From positions 2,240,001 through 2,304,000 of the forward strand of contig CBDDFZ010000001.1 in assembly GCA_965227515.1 (NCBI GenBank): a DNA stretch of 64,000 nt, written 5' to 3'. The stretch comes from Alphaproteobacteria bacterium. Its GTDB lineage: Bacteria; Pseudomonadota; Alphaproteobacteria; CALKHQ01. A program made the position numbers and the translations under genes. Each line of letters starts with the position of its first letter. Position 1 is the first letter of the stretch. Shown here in pieces: positions 8,870 through 20,428 of the stretch. The notes below the pieces were generated by a model. That model was given only the letters and a program-made list of their open reading frames with translations. It had not been told where the DNA came from and did not search any database.

Positions 8870-10378
8870 GTGGTCGAGGAATGCGATGTCGTCGTGGTGG
8901 GTGCCGGCTCGTCAGGCGGGGTGGCCGCGGCGCGGCTGAGCGAGGACCCGGCGCGCCGGGTGGTGCTGATCGAGGCCGGTCCTGACTTCCCCGATGAGGC
9001 AACGCAATTGCCGCTGTTCGCGGTCAGTGGCGAGAACCACTGGCAGGTCCCGGCCATTCCCGAGTTCGACTGGGGGCTGTTCGACCACGACCCGTCCGGG
9101 CGCCGCGGCGGGCGCAAGGTCTGGCTGCCGCGCGGCCGGCTGGTCGGCGGCACCTCGATGGTCAACTCCACCATCGCGGCGCGGCCGGCGCCGTTCGACC
9201 TCGACCGCTTTGCCGAGCTGGCGGACGAGCGTTGGCGTTGGGAAGCGCGCCTGCCCGACCTGATCCGCATCGAGCGTGACATTGATTTCGCCAACGACCC
9301 AATCCACGGCAGCGACGGGCCGATCGTGATCCAGCGCTACAAGCCGGCGGCGTGGGCGCCGGTCAACCGCGTGTTCGCCGAGGGCTGCGAAGCCATCGGC
9401 ACCGCCGAGGCGGCCGACCTGAACGGGCTGGAGGCGTCGGCCGGCGTGTTCGGGCCGATGCCGCACAATCGCTGGAAGGAGGTGCGCCAGGGCACGCTGG
9501 TGACCTATCTGCGCCAGGCCCGGCCGCGGCCGAACCTCAGCATCGGGGCGGGGCGGACGGTCGACCGCATCGCCATCGAGAATGGCCGCGCGGTCGGCGT
9601 GCACTGGATCGGCGCCGACGGCGTGGCCGGCGAGACCCGCGCCGGCACAGTGCTGGTTTCGGCCGGCGTGTTCGGGACGCCGGCGATCCTGCAGCGCTCC
9701 GGCATCGGGCCGGCCGCGTTGCTCAAGCGCCATGGAATCGCGGTGGTCGCCGATCTGCCGGCCGGCCACAACCTGACCGACCATCCCGGCGTGCCGTTCA
9801 TGTTCAGGATCGAGGGCGCGGCCGGCACCACCGGGCGCTTCTTCGCCGCCAACTGGCGCGGCCCGGCGATGGACGGCCCCGAGCCGTGGTGGCAGACCCA
9901 CCCGTTCCCGGTCGACGAGGAAGAGGGCGTGGCGGGCCTGTGGACCTATCTCTGCCGGCAGGATGCCTTGGGGTCGGTGGAGATCGCCGGCACCGATCCG
10001 AATACGGCCCCGGTGATCGACCTCGGCATGCTGGCGGAGGCGCGCGACATCGCGAAGTTCGCCGACGCGTGGGAGGCCAACCAGGCGTTGCTGGCCTCGG
10101 CCCCGTTCGCCCGGCACAACGCGCGCTGGCTGGAGCCCGATATCGAGATCGCAGCGCATGTGCACGCCACCGTCGGCACCGCGCATCACCAGAGCGGCAG
10201 CTGCCGGATGGGCCGCGACCCGGCCAGCTCCGTGGTCGGGCCGGACCTGCGGGTGCATGGCGTCGACGGGCTGATGGTGGCGGACGCCAGCGCGTTCCCG
10301 GACACCATCATGCACAACCTCAACCTGACCTGCCTGCTGTTCGGCGAGGTCGCCGCGCAGATCATCGAATCGGCTTAG
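8870..10378 (+). CDS. GMC-family FAD oxidoreductase
   Basis: VVVGAGSSG, RGRLVGGTSMVN, HHQSGSCRMG, VADASAFP. Confidence 0.92.
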   Translation: MVEECDVVVVGAGSSGGVAAARLSEDPARRVVLIEAGPDFPDEATQLPLFAVSGENHWQVPAIPEFDWGLFDHDPSGRRGGRKVWLPRGRLVGGTSMVNSTIAARPAPFDLDRFAELADERWRWEARLPDLIRIERDIDFANDPIHGSDGPIVIQRYKPAAWAPVNRVFAEGCEAIGTAEAADLNGLEASAGVFGPMPHNRWKEVRQGTLVTYLRQARPRPNLSIGAGRTVDRIAIENGRAVGVHWIGADGVAGETRAGTVLVSAGVFGTPAILQRSGIGPAALLKRHGIAVVADLPAGHNLTDHPGVPFMFRIEGAAGTTGRFFAANWRGPAMDGPEPWWQTHPFPVDEEEGVAGLWTYLCRQDALGSVEIAGTDPNTAPVIDLGMLAEARDIAKFADAWEANQALLASAPFARHNARWLEPDIEIAAHVHATVGTAHHQSGSCRMGRDPASSVVGPDLRVHGVDGLMVADASAFPDTIMHNLNLTCLLFGEVAAQIIESA

Positions 10379-10409
10379 CGGTCACTCGATCCCCGTGACA
10401 CGAAAGATC

Positions 10410-10584
10410 GTCGTCCTCGCCCTTGTGGCGAGGACCCATTCTTACCCAGTACTCCAGTAGTCTCGGGTGAATCGCGAACCGAGATGGCAGACGACCGTAC
10501 TCAATCAGCCAATACTACGTGTTTCCGCCTGCACTGGCCCGGACCGCCCCACAAATAGGCCCTCGCGACAAGCGCGAGGGCGAC
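10410..10584. repeat. REPIN-like element family B (two inverted 30-bp hairpin arms, 115-bp spacer)
   Basis: GTCGTCCTCGCCCTTGTGGCGAGGACCCAT ... ATAGGCCCTCGCGACAAGCGCGAGGGCGAC; the left arm is the exact reverse complement of 49788-49817. Confidence 0.85.
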
Positions 10585-10604
10585 AATTTATGCTGTCAGG
10601 GCGC

Positions 10605-11519
10605 CTACTCGATCCCCTTGCCGATCTTGGCGCCCGCCATCTCGGCCAGGATGCCGGGCAGCACCGGCATGTAGCGCTCGGCGTGGCCGGCCATGTTGAC
10701 CAGCCGGTAGAGCTGGCTGATCGCCGACGCGATGACGGCGACCGAGGTCGCGCCCTCGGCCAACCGGTTGTAGGTGCGCATATCCTTCCAGGCGATCCGC
10801 ATCGGGCCCTTCAGCAGGCTGTCGTCGCCTTCCAGGATCCACGGCTTCATGGTTTGGAACATCCGTCCGTTGGCGCCGCCGGCCTCGATCACCTCGCACT
10901 GCCGCTCCAGGTCGACGCCCAGTTTGGCGGCGGTGGCGAACGCCTCGGCGATTACCGCGCAGGTGCCGATGGAGATGCAGTTGTTGACCAGTTTTGCCGT
11001 GGTGCCCGCACCGAGCGGTCCGCAGACCACGATGGTGTCGGCGAAGCACTCCAGCAGCGGGCGCACCCGGGCGATGTCGTCCGGCGCCCCGCCGACATAG
11101 GTGCTCAGCGTCCCGGCCTCGGCCTCCTTCGGCGAGCGGCCCAGCGCCGCATCGACCATGGTGCAGCCGCGCGCGGCGAGATCGGCGCCGACGCGCCGGG
11201 TCATGACCGGGTCGTTGGTGGTGGAGTCGACCAGCACCATCCCCTCGTGGCAGCCGGCGAGCAGGCCGTCTGGCCCATAGACCGTCGCCTCGACCTCCAC
11301 GTCGGACGGCAGGCAGAGGAACACCACCCCGCAGTTGCGCGCGACCTCCGCGGCGGTCTTTGCTTCGACCGCGCCGCGCCCGACAAGGTCGTCCACCGGC
11401 GCGCGGTTGCGGTTGCCCATGACAGTTAGCGGCCGGCCGCTCTTGGCCAGGATGTTGGCCGCCGCGCCATGGCCCATCAGACCGACCCCGATGTAGCCCA
11501 ACCCAGTTTGCTCGCTCAT
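10605..11519 (-). CDS. NAD(P)-dependent oxidoreductase, 3-hydroxyisobutyrate dehydrogenase family
   Basis: GYIGVGLMG, VDSTT, GAGTTAKLVNN, KDM motifs. Confidence 0.9.
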   Translation of the reverse strand: MSEQTGLGYIGVGLMGHGAAANILAKSGRPLTVMGNRNRAPVDDLVGRGAVEAKTAAEVARNCGVVFLCLPSDVEVEATVYGPDGLLAGCHEGMVLVDSTTNDPVMTRRVGADLAARGCTMVDAALGRSPKEAEAGTLSTYVGGAPDDIARVRPLLECFADTIVVCGPLGAGTTAKLVNNCISIGTCAVIAEAFATAAKLGVDLERQCEVIEAGGANGRMFQTMKPWILEGDDSLLKGPMRIAWKDMRTYNRLAEGATSVAVIASAISQLYRLVNMAGHAERYMPVLPGILAEMAGAKIGKGIE

Positions 11520-11634
11520 GCGTTACCTCCCCTCGTGTGGTGCCGGATCGCTTTGCCGATCGCCGCATGTGGATTCGCCTGCGCAGGATGACACATTACC
11601 GGCCAAGGCGGTTCCTGCGCCGCGTGCAATATGA

Positions 11635-11663
11635 GAAAGGGCGGGCCTTTCGACCCGCCCCTT
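11635..11663 (-). terminator. Terminator-like hairpin downstream of the secreted protein gene
   Basis: Minus strand GGGCGGG-TCGAAAGG-CCCGCCC-TTTC. Confidence 0.55.
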
Positions 11664-11696
11664 GTGGCGCAGATTCATGCGTAGGCTGATCATGCT

Positions 11697-12365
11697 CTAG
11701 CGGCGCAGGTCCCAGAACAGGCCGTACAGCGCGCCGTTGTAGCTGTGCTCGGTGTAGAAGTCGTACCAGATGCCGTAGTGCTCGTAGTACGGGCGGTCGG
11801 CATAGGCGGCGGCGCGGTCCAGCTCCAGTGTGATATCGGCCACGCCCAGCGGCACGTGATCGGCGCCGACCGCGTTGTGCACGGCGTCGGCGGCATGCTG
11901 GCCGCCGATGGCGATGGCCGCACCGCCCGCCGCGCCCAAGCCACCGGTGCCGACGGCGATCAGCGCGCCGGAGATCGCCGTGGTGCCGGCCACGAAGCCG
12001 CGGAAGAAATCCTGGGCGGAGCTGTCGTAGTTGTAGACGTGGGCCTGCAGCATCGCGGTCTGCGACGGACCCTGCCAAACCAGCGTGTCCAAGGTCAGGA
12101 TGTCGCCGGCGTTCAGGTCGCGCCAGGGCTCGTTCTCGCTCGGAATGAAGACCGGGCGGGTCACCTCGCCATCCTCCTCGACCATGTAGGCGACGATGAA
12201 CGGGTTGTCGGAGTCGGCGAAGCCACGGTGCGGGCCTTCCTGCACCACCTGCACGCCGGTCAGGTACAGCCGGTAGAACTCGTCGGCCTGCGCCGGTGCG
12301 GCCGCGGTCGAGATCGCGGCGGCGGCAAAGGCGGCGCTGGCGATGGCGGTGGTGAGCTTGTGCAT
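11697..12365 (-). CDS. Hypothetical secreted protein
   Basis: Signal peptide ending AQA|DE, GGAG RBS, genome-typical codon bias. Confidence 0.8.
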   Translation of the reverse strand: MHKLTTAIASAAFAAAAISTAAAPAQADEFYRLYLTGVQVVQEGPHRGFADSDNPFIVAYMVEEDGEVTRPVFIPSENEPWRDLNAGDILTLDTLVWQGPSQTAMLQAHVYNYDSSAQDFFRGFVAGTTAISGALIAVGTGGLGAAGGAAIAIGGQHAADAVHNAVGADHVPLGVADITLELDRAAAYADRPYYEHYGIWYDFYTEHSYNGALYGLFWDLRR

Positions 12366-12710
12366 GACTGGTCTCCATCAGGGTGTTTGGTTGTGGCCGG
12401 TTGCGGCCGTCTTGATGGAGATGAATATCGATCCGCGTGGCTGATGGCGCGATGGGGTCGATCCCCCATTTTGGATGGCGTTTCGCAGCGGTCGCAGACC
12501 CGATTCGGTTAACTTAACCATGCCTCAAGACAGAATGCGTATCGTTCCTTGATTCGGCTCGCCATTGGTCGTGCCGTGCGATGTAGACCACTGGTGGTGG
12601 AGGATGCGCCCCAACTCTTTCCGGCGATTTCGACCCGGCCTCGGCCCCTGGCCGTGCCCGGCGGCGTGTGCGTCGGCTACCGCCGGTGCGTCAGTGAATT
12701 CGAGGTATGA

Positions 12711-15700
12711 ATGAGTGCGACGCTACGGCCCGATCCGCCGCTGTCGGAAATCGTTGAGGGTGCCGGCTCCCCGCTGTCCGAGCTAGCCGACCTGAACCCG
12801 GTCTGGCTGTGGGAGACGGACGCGGATCATCGCTTCGTCTGGCTGTCGCCAAATTGCAGCAGGCTGACGGGATCGAACCCGGAAGACTACATTGGGCGGT
12901 CGCGCGTCGAGCTGTTCAAGCGCTCGTCGGACCAGACCGAGTTGGCACGTCGGCACCTGGACGACCTGGCCCACCATCGCCCGTTCAATGATTTCGTGTA
13001 CCGCCACGTACGTGAGGACGGGAAAGCGGTTTGGTTGTGCGTCGGTGGCCGGCCGTGCTTCGACAAGTCCGGGCGGTTCACGGGTTATCAGGGCAGCACC
13101 GCGCACGTCAGCGCCATGCTTGAGTTCGCGGACCAATCGGTTGCCGGCGAGGCCGCCATGTTGCAGCGCAACGCTGAACTTGAGCGACGCGTGGCGGCGC
13201 GGACCAAGGCTGCTGACGAAACGACAGCGTTGCTGAGCGGTGTATTGGAAGGCATGGAGCAGGGTCTGATAGTCTCTAGCCTCGACGACATGGGCGAGCG
13301 TCGCATCGTGCTGGCCAACGAGCGTGCGAGCGAACTCCTGGAGATGCCCCCCGAGGTCTTGGATGTTGGAAAGTCTGCCGACGAGTTCATCGAGTTTTGC
13401 GCGCAGCGGGGCGATTTCGGCGAAGCGGGCAAGGCAGACGCGCGCGACCGGATCAGGCGTGTAACTGAGGGTTCAACCGAGACATTTGTCCGTCACCTGC
13501 CATCGGGCCGGAGCGTTCGGTCGCACATTAAGTCGTGCATTGACGGCAAGCACATCGTGACGCTGACCGATATCACCGACCTGATCGAGCGCAAACAGGC
13601 ACTGGAATCCTCCAACGAGCTTCTCGCTGAAGTTCTGGAGGGTACGGAGCATGGGTTGCTGGTCGTAACGGACGGCGCCCTCGAGCAGCAAAGGATTGTC
13701 CTGTCAAACCGGCGAGCGGCGGAGATATTGGAGTTCCCGCCGGAGATGCTGGCGGCGGGCGCGCCCGGCAAGGCGATTGTACAAACGTCAATCGACCGTG
13801 GCGACTTCGGCACCGACGGCGAAGATGCCCGCCGCCACACGGAGGTGGCCATACAGTCGGGCAAGCCGACGAACAACATTCGCCGGCTGAAGTCCGGCCG
13901 TATCGTGAAGTCCAAGGGATATCCGCGCCAGAATGGCGGGCTGATCATCACCTATTCCGACATCACCGAAATGAAGGTGCAGGAAGAGGAACTGCGCCGC
14001 GCGCTGGCCGTTGCCGAACTCTCCAAGAGCGTGTTCGATCGCCTGAGCACGCCAGTGCTCGTCAAGAACGAAGACCTTGAATTTGTCCTGGTCAATCAGG
14101 CGTTCTGCGACCTGCATGGCGTGACCAAGGAGCATGTCATCGGGCGGTCCGACATGGACCTGGATCTGACCGGCGGGGACCGGGCCGCCACCTACACCAG
14201 CTACGACCTCCACGTGCTGGAAACCGGAGAATTGCTGGATTTCGAAGAGGACGTTACACGGCCCGACGGCTCGATCCTCTCGACATACTCCCTGAAGACC
14301 AGGGTCGTGACCGAGAGCGGCGACAGGTACGTCGTTGCCGTCATTACCGACGTGTCGACGCTGAAGCAGCGCGAGGCGGATCTGGAAGCGGCACGCCGTG
14401 GCGCGGAAGCGGCCGACCGGGCCAAGTCCGAATTCCTCGCCAACATGAGCCACGAGATCCGCACGCCGATGAACGGCATTCTGGGCATGGGCGAGTTGCT
14501 GAAGGGCACCAACCTGGATTCCCGACAGCGCATGTACGCCGATGTCATCGTGCAGTCCGGCAACCTGTTGCTGAACATCATCAACGACATTCTGGACTTC
14601 TCGAAGATCGCCGCCGGCCAGCTGTCGCTGCATGTCGAGCCGTTCCAACTGGCCGATGTGGTGTGGGATGTGGCGACGTTGCTGTCGACGAGTGCCGACG
14701 ACAAAGGCCTGGACATGCCCGTGCGTGTGCAGCCCGACCTGCCCAGGGCCTTTGTTGGCGATCCGGGGCGCATACGCCAAATCCTGACCAATCTGGTCAG
14801 CAACGCCGTCAAGTTCACGGACAACGGCCACGTCCACATCGACGTTTCCGGCCAGGTCCGCGACGACGACACGGCACGGATTCTGGTCAAGGTGACCGAT
14901 ACCGGCATCGGCATTGCCGAGGAGCATGTCGCGACCATCTTCCAGAAGTTCAGCCAGGTCGACGGTACGGCGACGCGTCGTCACGAAGGTACCGGGCTTG
15001 GACTGACGATCTCCAAGCGTCTGGTCGAGATGATGCACGGCGAAATGGGCGTGGAGAGCAAGCCCGGACGGGGCTCCACGTTCTGGTTCGCCCTGCCGCT
15101 GCCGGTGGCGAGCGACTTCGGCCCGGCCGCGCAGGTCATGCAGGACATTTCCGGACGGCGGGTTCTGATCGTCGACGACAATGAGGTCAATTGCGCCATC
15201 CTGACCGAGCAGCTCGAGAGCTGGCAGGTGACGGCCAAGGCCGTGAACTCCGGCGCGAAGGCGCTGGGTGAGCTGAACAGCGCGGCGGCGCGTGGCGCGC
15301 CGTTTGAGCTCGCCATCCTGGACGCGCAAATGCCGGAGATGGATGGCATGTCGGTGGCCGCCGCCATCCGCCACAGCCCGATGATCAACCGAGTACCGAT
15401 CCTGATGCTGGCATCGGTCGATGGGCCGGAGGATCGATCCATCCTCGACCGGCTGCAGATTTCAGCCCACCTCGTCAAGCCGGCGAAGGCGCCGACCCTG
15501 CTTGCCGCCATCGCCAAGGCGATCGACGAGCCGGTCGAACCGCCGGCCGAGATCGCCGCTCCCGCGTCCACAGCAGGGGAGGATGCCGAACCCGTCGAGC
15601 AGCCCAGTGGCGTTGCCGAAGATGACGGGCGCTCGCTGACCGCGCGCGTGCTGATCGCGGAGGACAACCCGGTCAATCAGATGGTGCTGCAGCAGGTTCT

Positions 15701-16049
15701 GGATAACTGGGGCTACGACTATCTGATCGCCAATGACGGCCAACAGGCTGTCGACCTGTTCCGCAAGCATCGACCGGCCGTGGTGTTGATGGACGTTTCG
15801 ATGCCGGTCCTCAATGGACTGGATGCGACCCGCGCCATTCGCGAGATCGAGGGGCAGGACGGCGGCCACACGAAGATCCTTGGGGTCACGGCCCACGCGC
15901 TGAACGGCGACAAGGAGAAGTGCTTTGCGGTCGGCATGGACGACTATGTGCCGAAGCCGATCGATTGGACCCTGCTGCGCGAGAAGCTGGCGGAGGCCCT
16001 GGCTGACGTCGAAGGCGAGGAAGGACAGCCAGGCAAGATGGTCGCCTGA
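12711..16049 (+). CDS. Cytoplasmic hybrid histidine kinase (multiple PAS, HisKA, HATPase, two REC)
   Basis: WLWETD PAS start, [51 protein letters not shown]. Confidence 0.93.
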   Translation: MSATLRPDPPLSEIVEGAGSPLSELADLNPVWLWETDADHRFVWLSPNCSRLTGSNPEDYIGRSRVELFKRSSDQTELARRHLDDLAHHRPFNDFVYRHVREDGKAVWLCVGGRPCFDKSGRFTGYQGSTAHVSAMLEFADQSVAGEAAMLQRNAELERRVAARTKAADETTALLSGVLEGMEQGLIVSSLDDMGERRIVLANERASELLEMPPEVLDVGKSADEFIEFCAQRGDFGEAGKADARDRIRRVTEGSTETFVRHLPSGRSVRSHIKSCIDGKHIVTLTDITDLIERKQALESSNELLAEVLEGTEHGLLVVTDGALEQQRIVLSNRRAAEILEFPPEMLAAGAPGKAIVQTSIDRGDFGTDGEDARRHTEVAIQSGKPTNNIRRLKSGRIVKSKGYPRQNGGLIITYSDITEMKVQEEELRRALAVAELSKSVFDRLSTPVLVKNEDLEFVLVNQAFCDLHGVTKEHVIGRSDMDLDLTGGDRAATYTSYDLHVLETGELLDFEEDVTRPDGSILSTYSLKTRVVTESGDRYVVAVITDVSTLKQREADLEAARRGAEAADRAKSEFLANMSHEIRTPMNGILGMGELLKGTNLDSRQRMYADVIVQSGNLLLNIINDILDFSKIAAGQLSLHVEPFQLADVVWDVATLLSTSADDKGLDMPVRVQPDLPRAFVGDPGRIRQILTNLVSNAVKFTDNGHVHIDVSGQVRDDDTARILVKVTDTGIGIAEEHVATIFQKFSQVDGTATRRHEGTGLGLTISKRLVEMMHGEMGVESKPGRGSTFWFALPLPVASDFGPAAQVMQDISGRRVLIVDDNEVNCAILTEQLESWQVTAKAVNSGAKALGELNSAAARGAPFELAILDAQMPEMDGMSVAAAIRHSPMINRVPILMLASVDGPEDRSILDRLQISAHLVKPAKAPTLLAAIAKAIDEPVEPPAEIAAPASTAGEDAEPVEQPSGVAEDDGRSLTARVLIAEDNPVNQMVLQQVLDNWGYDYLIANDGQQAVDLFRKHRPAVVLMDVSMPVLNGLDATRAIREIEGQDGGHTKILGVTAHALNGDKEKCFAVGMDDYVPKPIDWTLLREKLAEALADVEGEEGQPGKMVA

Positions 16050-16099
16050 CCTGCGCCACGGCCTAACCTGCGCCACGGCCTTACCGGCGCCACGGCCTG
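16049..16099. repeat. 17-bp tandem repeat, three copies
   Basis: ACCTGCGCCACGGCCTA / ACCTGCGCCACGGCCTT / ACCGGCGCCACGGCCTG. Confidence 0.85.
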
Positions 16100-16112
16100 A
16101 ACGGCGCGCCGG

Positions 16113-17267
16113 CTATGTGCGCCAGCGCTGCAGCCGGTCGATGGCAGCCTCGATATCGGCGGTCGGCCCGGCGAAAGACATCCGCATGAACTTGTGCCCG
16201 CGGTCCGGGTCGAAGTCGATGCCGGGCGCGGTCGCGACGCCGGTCTCGTCCAGCATGCGAGCGCAGAACGCGCGGGCGTCGTCGGTGCGCGCGCTGATAT
16301 CGGCGTAGATGTAGAACGCGCCATCCGCCGGAGCCAGTCGGTCGAACCCGGCGCGCGGCAAACCCTCCAGCAGCAGGGCGCGGTTGCGCGCATAGTTCGC
16401 CACCAGGTCGTCGAGCAGGTCGGTGTGGTCGAACGCGGCCACCGCGGCCAGTTGCGGCAACGTCGGCGGCGAAATGAACAGGTTCTGGGCCAAGCACTCG
16501 ATGGGGCGGACCATGTCCTCTGGCACCACCATCCAGCCGAGCCGCCAGCCGGTCATCGAGAAGTACTTCGAGAAGCTGTTGATCACGATACAGCGGTCGT
16601 CCAGCGACAGGGCGGTGCGCGCCGGTGGGCCATAGGTGATGCCGTGGTAGATCTCGTCGGAGACCAGCCGGATGCCGCGTTCGGCGCACAGGCTGGCGAT
16701 CTCCGCGAAGGTTTGGTCTGCCAGCATGGTGCCGGTCGGGTTCGACGGGCTGGTGACGATCAAACCCTCGACAGGCTGCGCGCGCGCCGCGTCTTCGACC
16801 ATCCCGGCGGTCGGCTGAAAGCGGGTGTCCGCGGTGGTCGCGATCGGCGCCAGGACCAGCCCCAGGGACGTCATGATATGACGATAGGCCGGATAGCTCG
16901 GCAGCGGCAGCATGACGGCGTCGCCCGGTGCGAAGGCGGACAGGAACGCCAGCATGAATGCGCCCGACGCGCCATTGGTGATGACGATGCGGCGCATGTC
17001 GAGGTCGATGTCGTAGCGCTCGCCGTAGTAGCGTGCGATGCGCTGGCGCAGCGGATCGATGCCCAGCGCCAGGGTATAGCCCAGCCGGTCGTCCGCCAGC
17101 GCGCGCGCGGCGGCCGCGCGCACCGGCTCGGGCGCCGGCGTGCCGGGCTGCCCGACTTCCAGGTGGACGACATCCATGCCGGCCGCCTCGCGGTCGGCCG
17201 CGGCCTGCATCACGTCCATGACGATGAACGGCGGCACCGAGCCGCGTTGGGCAACCTTCAGGGCCAT
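16113..17267 (-). CDS. PLP-dependent aminotransferase, class I/II
   Basis: HLEVGQP, SPSNPTG, SDEIYHG, NSFSKYFSMTGWRLGW. Confidence 0.93.
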   Translation of the reverse strand: MALKVAQRGSVPPFIVMDVMQAAADREAAGMDVVHLEVGQPGTPAPEPVRAAAARALADDRLGYTLALGIDPLRQRIARYYGERYDIDLDMRRIVITNGASGAFMLAFLSAFAPGDAVMLPLPSYPAYRHIMTSLGLVLAPIATTADTRFQPTAGMVEDAARAQPVEGLIVTSPSNPTGTMLADQTFAEIASLCAERGIRLVSDEIYHGITYGPPARTALSLDDRCIVINSFSKYFSMTGWRLGWMVVPEDMVRPIECLAQNLFISPPTLPQLAAVAAFDHTDLLDDLVANYARNRALLLEGLPRAGFDRLAPADGAFYIYADISARTDDARAFCARMLDETGVATAPGIDFDPDRGHKFMRMSFAGPTADIEAAIDRLQRWRT

Positions 17268-17358
17268 TCGGATTCTCCAATCGGAAACGCCGCCCTTTTC
17301 TGGCCAAATAGCGGTAGGATTGTCCAGCGGCCTGCTCGCCGCGAACATTGGATAGGCC

Positions 17359-18693
17359 ATGACAAGACGCACCTTGACCGCACTGGGCACCGCGCTGGCC
17401 GTTGGCTTCAGCGCCGCCGGCGATGCTTCCGCCCAGGGCATCTCGCTGATTCGCGACGCCGAGATCGAGGCGACGATCCGGGCCTATACCCAGCCGTTGT
17501 TCCAGATCGCCGGGCTGAATCCGAACGCCATCGACGTCTACCTGGTCGATGACGACCGGCTGAATGCGTTCGTGGCCGGCGGCCAGAACATCTTCGTCAA
17601 CACCGGCCTGCTGTTGGCCTCCAACGATCCGGGCGGCGTGATCGGTGTGCTGGCGCACGAAACCGGCCACATTGCCGGCGGCCACCTGGCCCAGCTCCAT
17701 GCCGAACTCCGCGAGGTCAGCGCACAGACCATCCTGGCCTACCTGCTGGGCGCGGCGGCGGCGGTTGCCGCCGGGCGCGGTGACGTGGGTGCCGCGGTTA
17801 TCAGCGGCAGCACCGGCATGGGGCAGCGCTCCTTGCTGGCCTACAGCCGGGCGCAGGAAGCCGCGGCGGACCAGGCGGCGGTCAACTACCTCGACCGAGT
17901 CGGCTGGTCGGCGGTCGGGCTCGCCGACTTCCTGGAACTGCTGGAAGACCAGGAACTGCTGACCGCGAGCCTGCAGGACCCGTATTTGCGGTCCCACCCG
18001 CTGACCCGCGACCGGGTGGACCAGGTCCAGGGCCATGTCGCGCGCTCACCCTATTCAAATGCGCAATTCCCGCCCGCGTTCTATGAGATGCACGAGCGCA
18101 TGCGCGCCAAGCTCATCGGCTATACCCAAGGGGTCGCGCGCACGTTGCAGGTCTATCCCGAGATCGATGTCAGCCTGCCGGCCCGGTACGCCCGCGCCAT
18201 CGCCTATGCCAACCAGGGCAGCCTGGCCAATGCGCTGCCGCTGATCGACAGCCTGCTGGCGGACCTGCCGAACGACCCGTACTTCCTGGAACTGAAAGGG
18301 CAGGTGTTGTTCGAGCATGGGCGGATCGCGGAATCCATCGCGCCGCTGCGTCAGGCTTCCGCCCTGCTGCCGGACGCCGCGCCGATCCGCCTGCTGTTGG
18401 CCCGCGCCGAGCTGGAGTCCCAGGACCCGGCCAAGCTCGCGGCGGTGATCGACAATCTGAGCCAGGCGGCGCGGCTGGAGCCGGACAATCCGGCGATCTG
18501 GTACTTCCTGTCGATTGCCCATGGCCGGGCCGGCGATCTGGGTATGGCGGCGCTGGCCATGGCGGAGCGCAATTTCCACGCCGGCAGCGACGATGAGGCA
18601 CGGCAACAGGCCATTCGCGCGCAGCAGAACCTGCCCGAAGGGTCGCCGGGCTGGCTCCGCGCGCAGGACATCATCTCCGCCACCGACGATTAG
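17359..18693 (+). CDS. M48 metalloprotease with TPR repeats (BepA/YfgC-like)
   Basis: Signal peptide, LIRDAEIE, NAF, HETGH, YSRAQEAAAD, YLRSHP. Confidence 0.92.
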   Translation: MTRRTLTALGTALAVGFSAAGDASAQGISLIRDAEIEATIRAYTQPLFQIAGLNPNAIDVYLVDDDRLNAFVAGGQNIFVNTGLLLASNDPGGVIGVLAHETGHIAGGHLAQLHAELREVSAQTILAYLLGAAAAVAAGRGDVGAAVISGSTGMGQRSLLAYSRAQEAAADQAAVNYLDRVGWSAVGLADFLELLEDQELLTASLQDPYLRSHPLTRDRVDQVQGHVARSPYSNAQFPPAFYEMHERMRAKLIGYTQGVARTLQVYPEIDVSLPARYARAIAYANQGSLANALPLIDSLLADLPNDPYFLELKGQVLFEHGRIAESIAPLRQASALLPDAAPIRLLLARAELESQDPAKLAAVIDNLSQAARLEPDNPAIWYFLSIAHGRAGDLGMAALAMAERNFHAGSDDEARQQAIRAQQNLPEGSPGWLRAQDIISATDD

Positions 18694-18874
18694 GCGGGCC
18701 AGTCAGCCAGCCGAAGAATCAGCGTTAGCGCCGCGTGCCCTAGTCTGGCACTATCGCGCGTGGCGACGGATGACTGCGGTTGCGGCCGCAGGTCGACAGG
18801 CTAGGCGCGATCCGTCGGGCTGCCACAGTGTTGTGGCTGGGCGTTCATGGGCGTGTGGGGCGGATACGGTAGCC

Positions 18875-20428
18875 ATGATGGATGGTGGGGAGCTTGGCGT
18901 GCGTGCAACGGCGCGCCACGACTCATGGCGGCAGGTCGCCTTGGCCGAACGCCTCGCCGGTATCGGCCACTGGCAGTTCGATCCGAAGACCCGCACGTTT
19001 GACTTGTCGGACGGGGCGTTGCGGATGCTCGGGATGGAGCCGCCTGCCGGACCGCCGACGCTGGATGACCTGCTGGCCAGGGTTGCGCCGGACGACCGTG
19101 GCCGGGTCGGTGCCGGGTTTGACGATGCCATACGCAATGGCGCCGAGCTTTCCGTGGAGTGCTCCGTGGATGTGGAGGTTGGCCCGCGCAGGCTGGTGCA
19201 TTGGCGCGGTCTGACGGCGGACGATGGCGACGGCGCGACTCGGTTGGCGGGCTACGTGCGCGACCTCAGCGCCGAGCGGCGCGCCGAGGCGGAACGCATG
19301 TCCAGCGACCAGCGGTTCTTCACGCTGCTGGACAACATGCGCAACATCATCCTGTTGCGCAGCCGCGTCGATGACGAGGATATGCGCGCCGCGACGGTGT
19401 ATGGCGCCGACGCGGGTGCGATCACCGGCGTGTTCGGCGACGGGCCGGTCCACAAGACCCGCTGGCTGGAGGCGATCCACCCGGAGGATCTGCCCGAGTA
19501 CCTGGAGGCGGAGGCCCTGTGCCGTCGCGAGGGCGTGCCCTTCAATCTGCAATTCAGGTTTCGTCATGGCGAAACGGGCGTCGTGAAATGGGCGCGGCAG
19601 GTGGGCTGGATCGTCCGCGACGGCGGCGAGCAATTCTTCGAGAGCTATCTGCTCGACGTGACCGACCTGATCGCAGCGCAGGAGACCGCCTATGCCGCGA
19701 AACTGCAGGCCGAGCGGGCCAGCCAGGCAAAGTCGGACTTCCTTGCCTCGATGAGCTACGAGCTTCGCACGCCGATGAACGCCATCCTGGGGTTCACCCA
19801 GGTGATTGGCGAAGAACTGTTCGGGCCGCTGGGCAACGACCGTTATGTCGAATACATCGGCCACATCGACGAGAGCTCGCGCCATTTGTTGGGCCTGATC
19901 AACGACTTGCTGGATGTGCGCAAGATCGAGGCCTACGACCTGGACCTGCGGGAGACTGAGCTGGATTTGGCGGAGGCCGTGCATTCCGCGGCCGGCCTGA
20001 TTCGCCCGACCGCCGCCAGCAAGAACATCAGCGTGGCCATCGACCATATGGGCCGGATCGGTCTGATGGCGGACAAGCGCGCATTACGGCAGATCCTGTT
20101 CAACCTGCTGTCCAACGCGATCAAGTTCACCGATCGTGGTGGGCGGATCGACGTCGGGGCGGAACGCCTGGCGGACGGCGCCACCCGCATTTTCGTCACC
20201 GACAATGGGTGCGGCATTCCGCCGGAGGATATCAGCCGGATCATGGAGCCGTTCTCCCAGATCAACGCCACCCATGTCGCCAGCGCCGAGCGGGGTGTTG
20301 GACTTGGGCTGTTCCTGGTGCAGCGTCTGGCGGAATGGCACGAGGCGTCGGTGCAGGTGCAGTCGCGCCCCCATGACGGCACCACGGTCAGCGTTGTCTT
20401 TCCCGCCGCGCGAGCCCTGGGTGCTTGA
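18875..20428 (+). CDS. PAS-PAS histidine kinase-like protein with Tyr at the phospho-His position (start uncertain)
   Basis: H-box FLASMSYELRTPMNAI (TAC at 19757-19759); intact NLLSNAIKFT, DNGCGI, PFSQ, GVGLGL. Confidence 0.9.
   Translation: MMDGGELGVRATARHDSWRQVALAERLAGIGHWQFDPKTRTFDLSDGALRMLGMEPPAGPPTLDDLLARVAPDDRGRVGAGFDDAIRNGAELSVECSVDVEVGPRRLVHWRGLTADDGDGATRLAGYVRDLSAERRAEAERMSSDQRFFTLLDNMRNIILLRSRVDDEDMRAATVYGADAGAITGVFGDGPVHKTRWLEAIHPEDLPEYLEAEALCRREGVPFNLQFRFRHGETGVVKWARQVGWIVRDGGEQFFESYLLDVTDLIAAQETAYAAKLQAERASQAKSDFLASMSYELRTPMNAILGFTQVIGEELFGPLGNDRYVEYIGHIDESSRHLLGLINDLLDVRKIEAYDLDLRETELDLAEAVHSAAGLIRPTAASKNISVAIDHMGRIGLMADKRALRQILFNLLSNAIKFTDRGGRIDVGAERLADGATRIFVTDNGCGIPPEDISRIMEPFSQINATHVASAERGVGLGLFLVQRLAEWHEASVQVQSRPHDGTTVSVVFPAARALGA

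Noticed and set aside
8661-16049. Genomic island integrated at tRNA-Met
   Set aside because: No integrase, and I saw no repeat of the tRNA 3' end downstream.
18875-20428. Calling the Tyr kinase the divL orthologue
   Set aside because: It is shorter, has an apparently intact CA domain and a PleC/DivJ-like DHp, and has an adjacent paralogue; orthology cannot be shown here.
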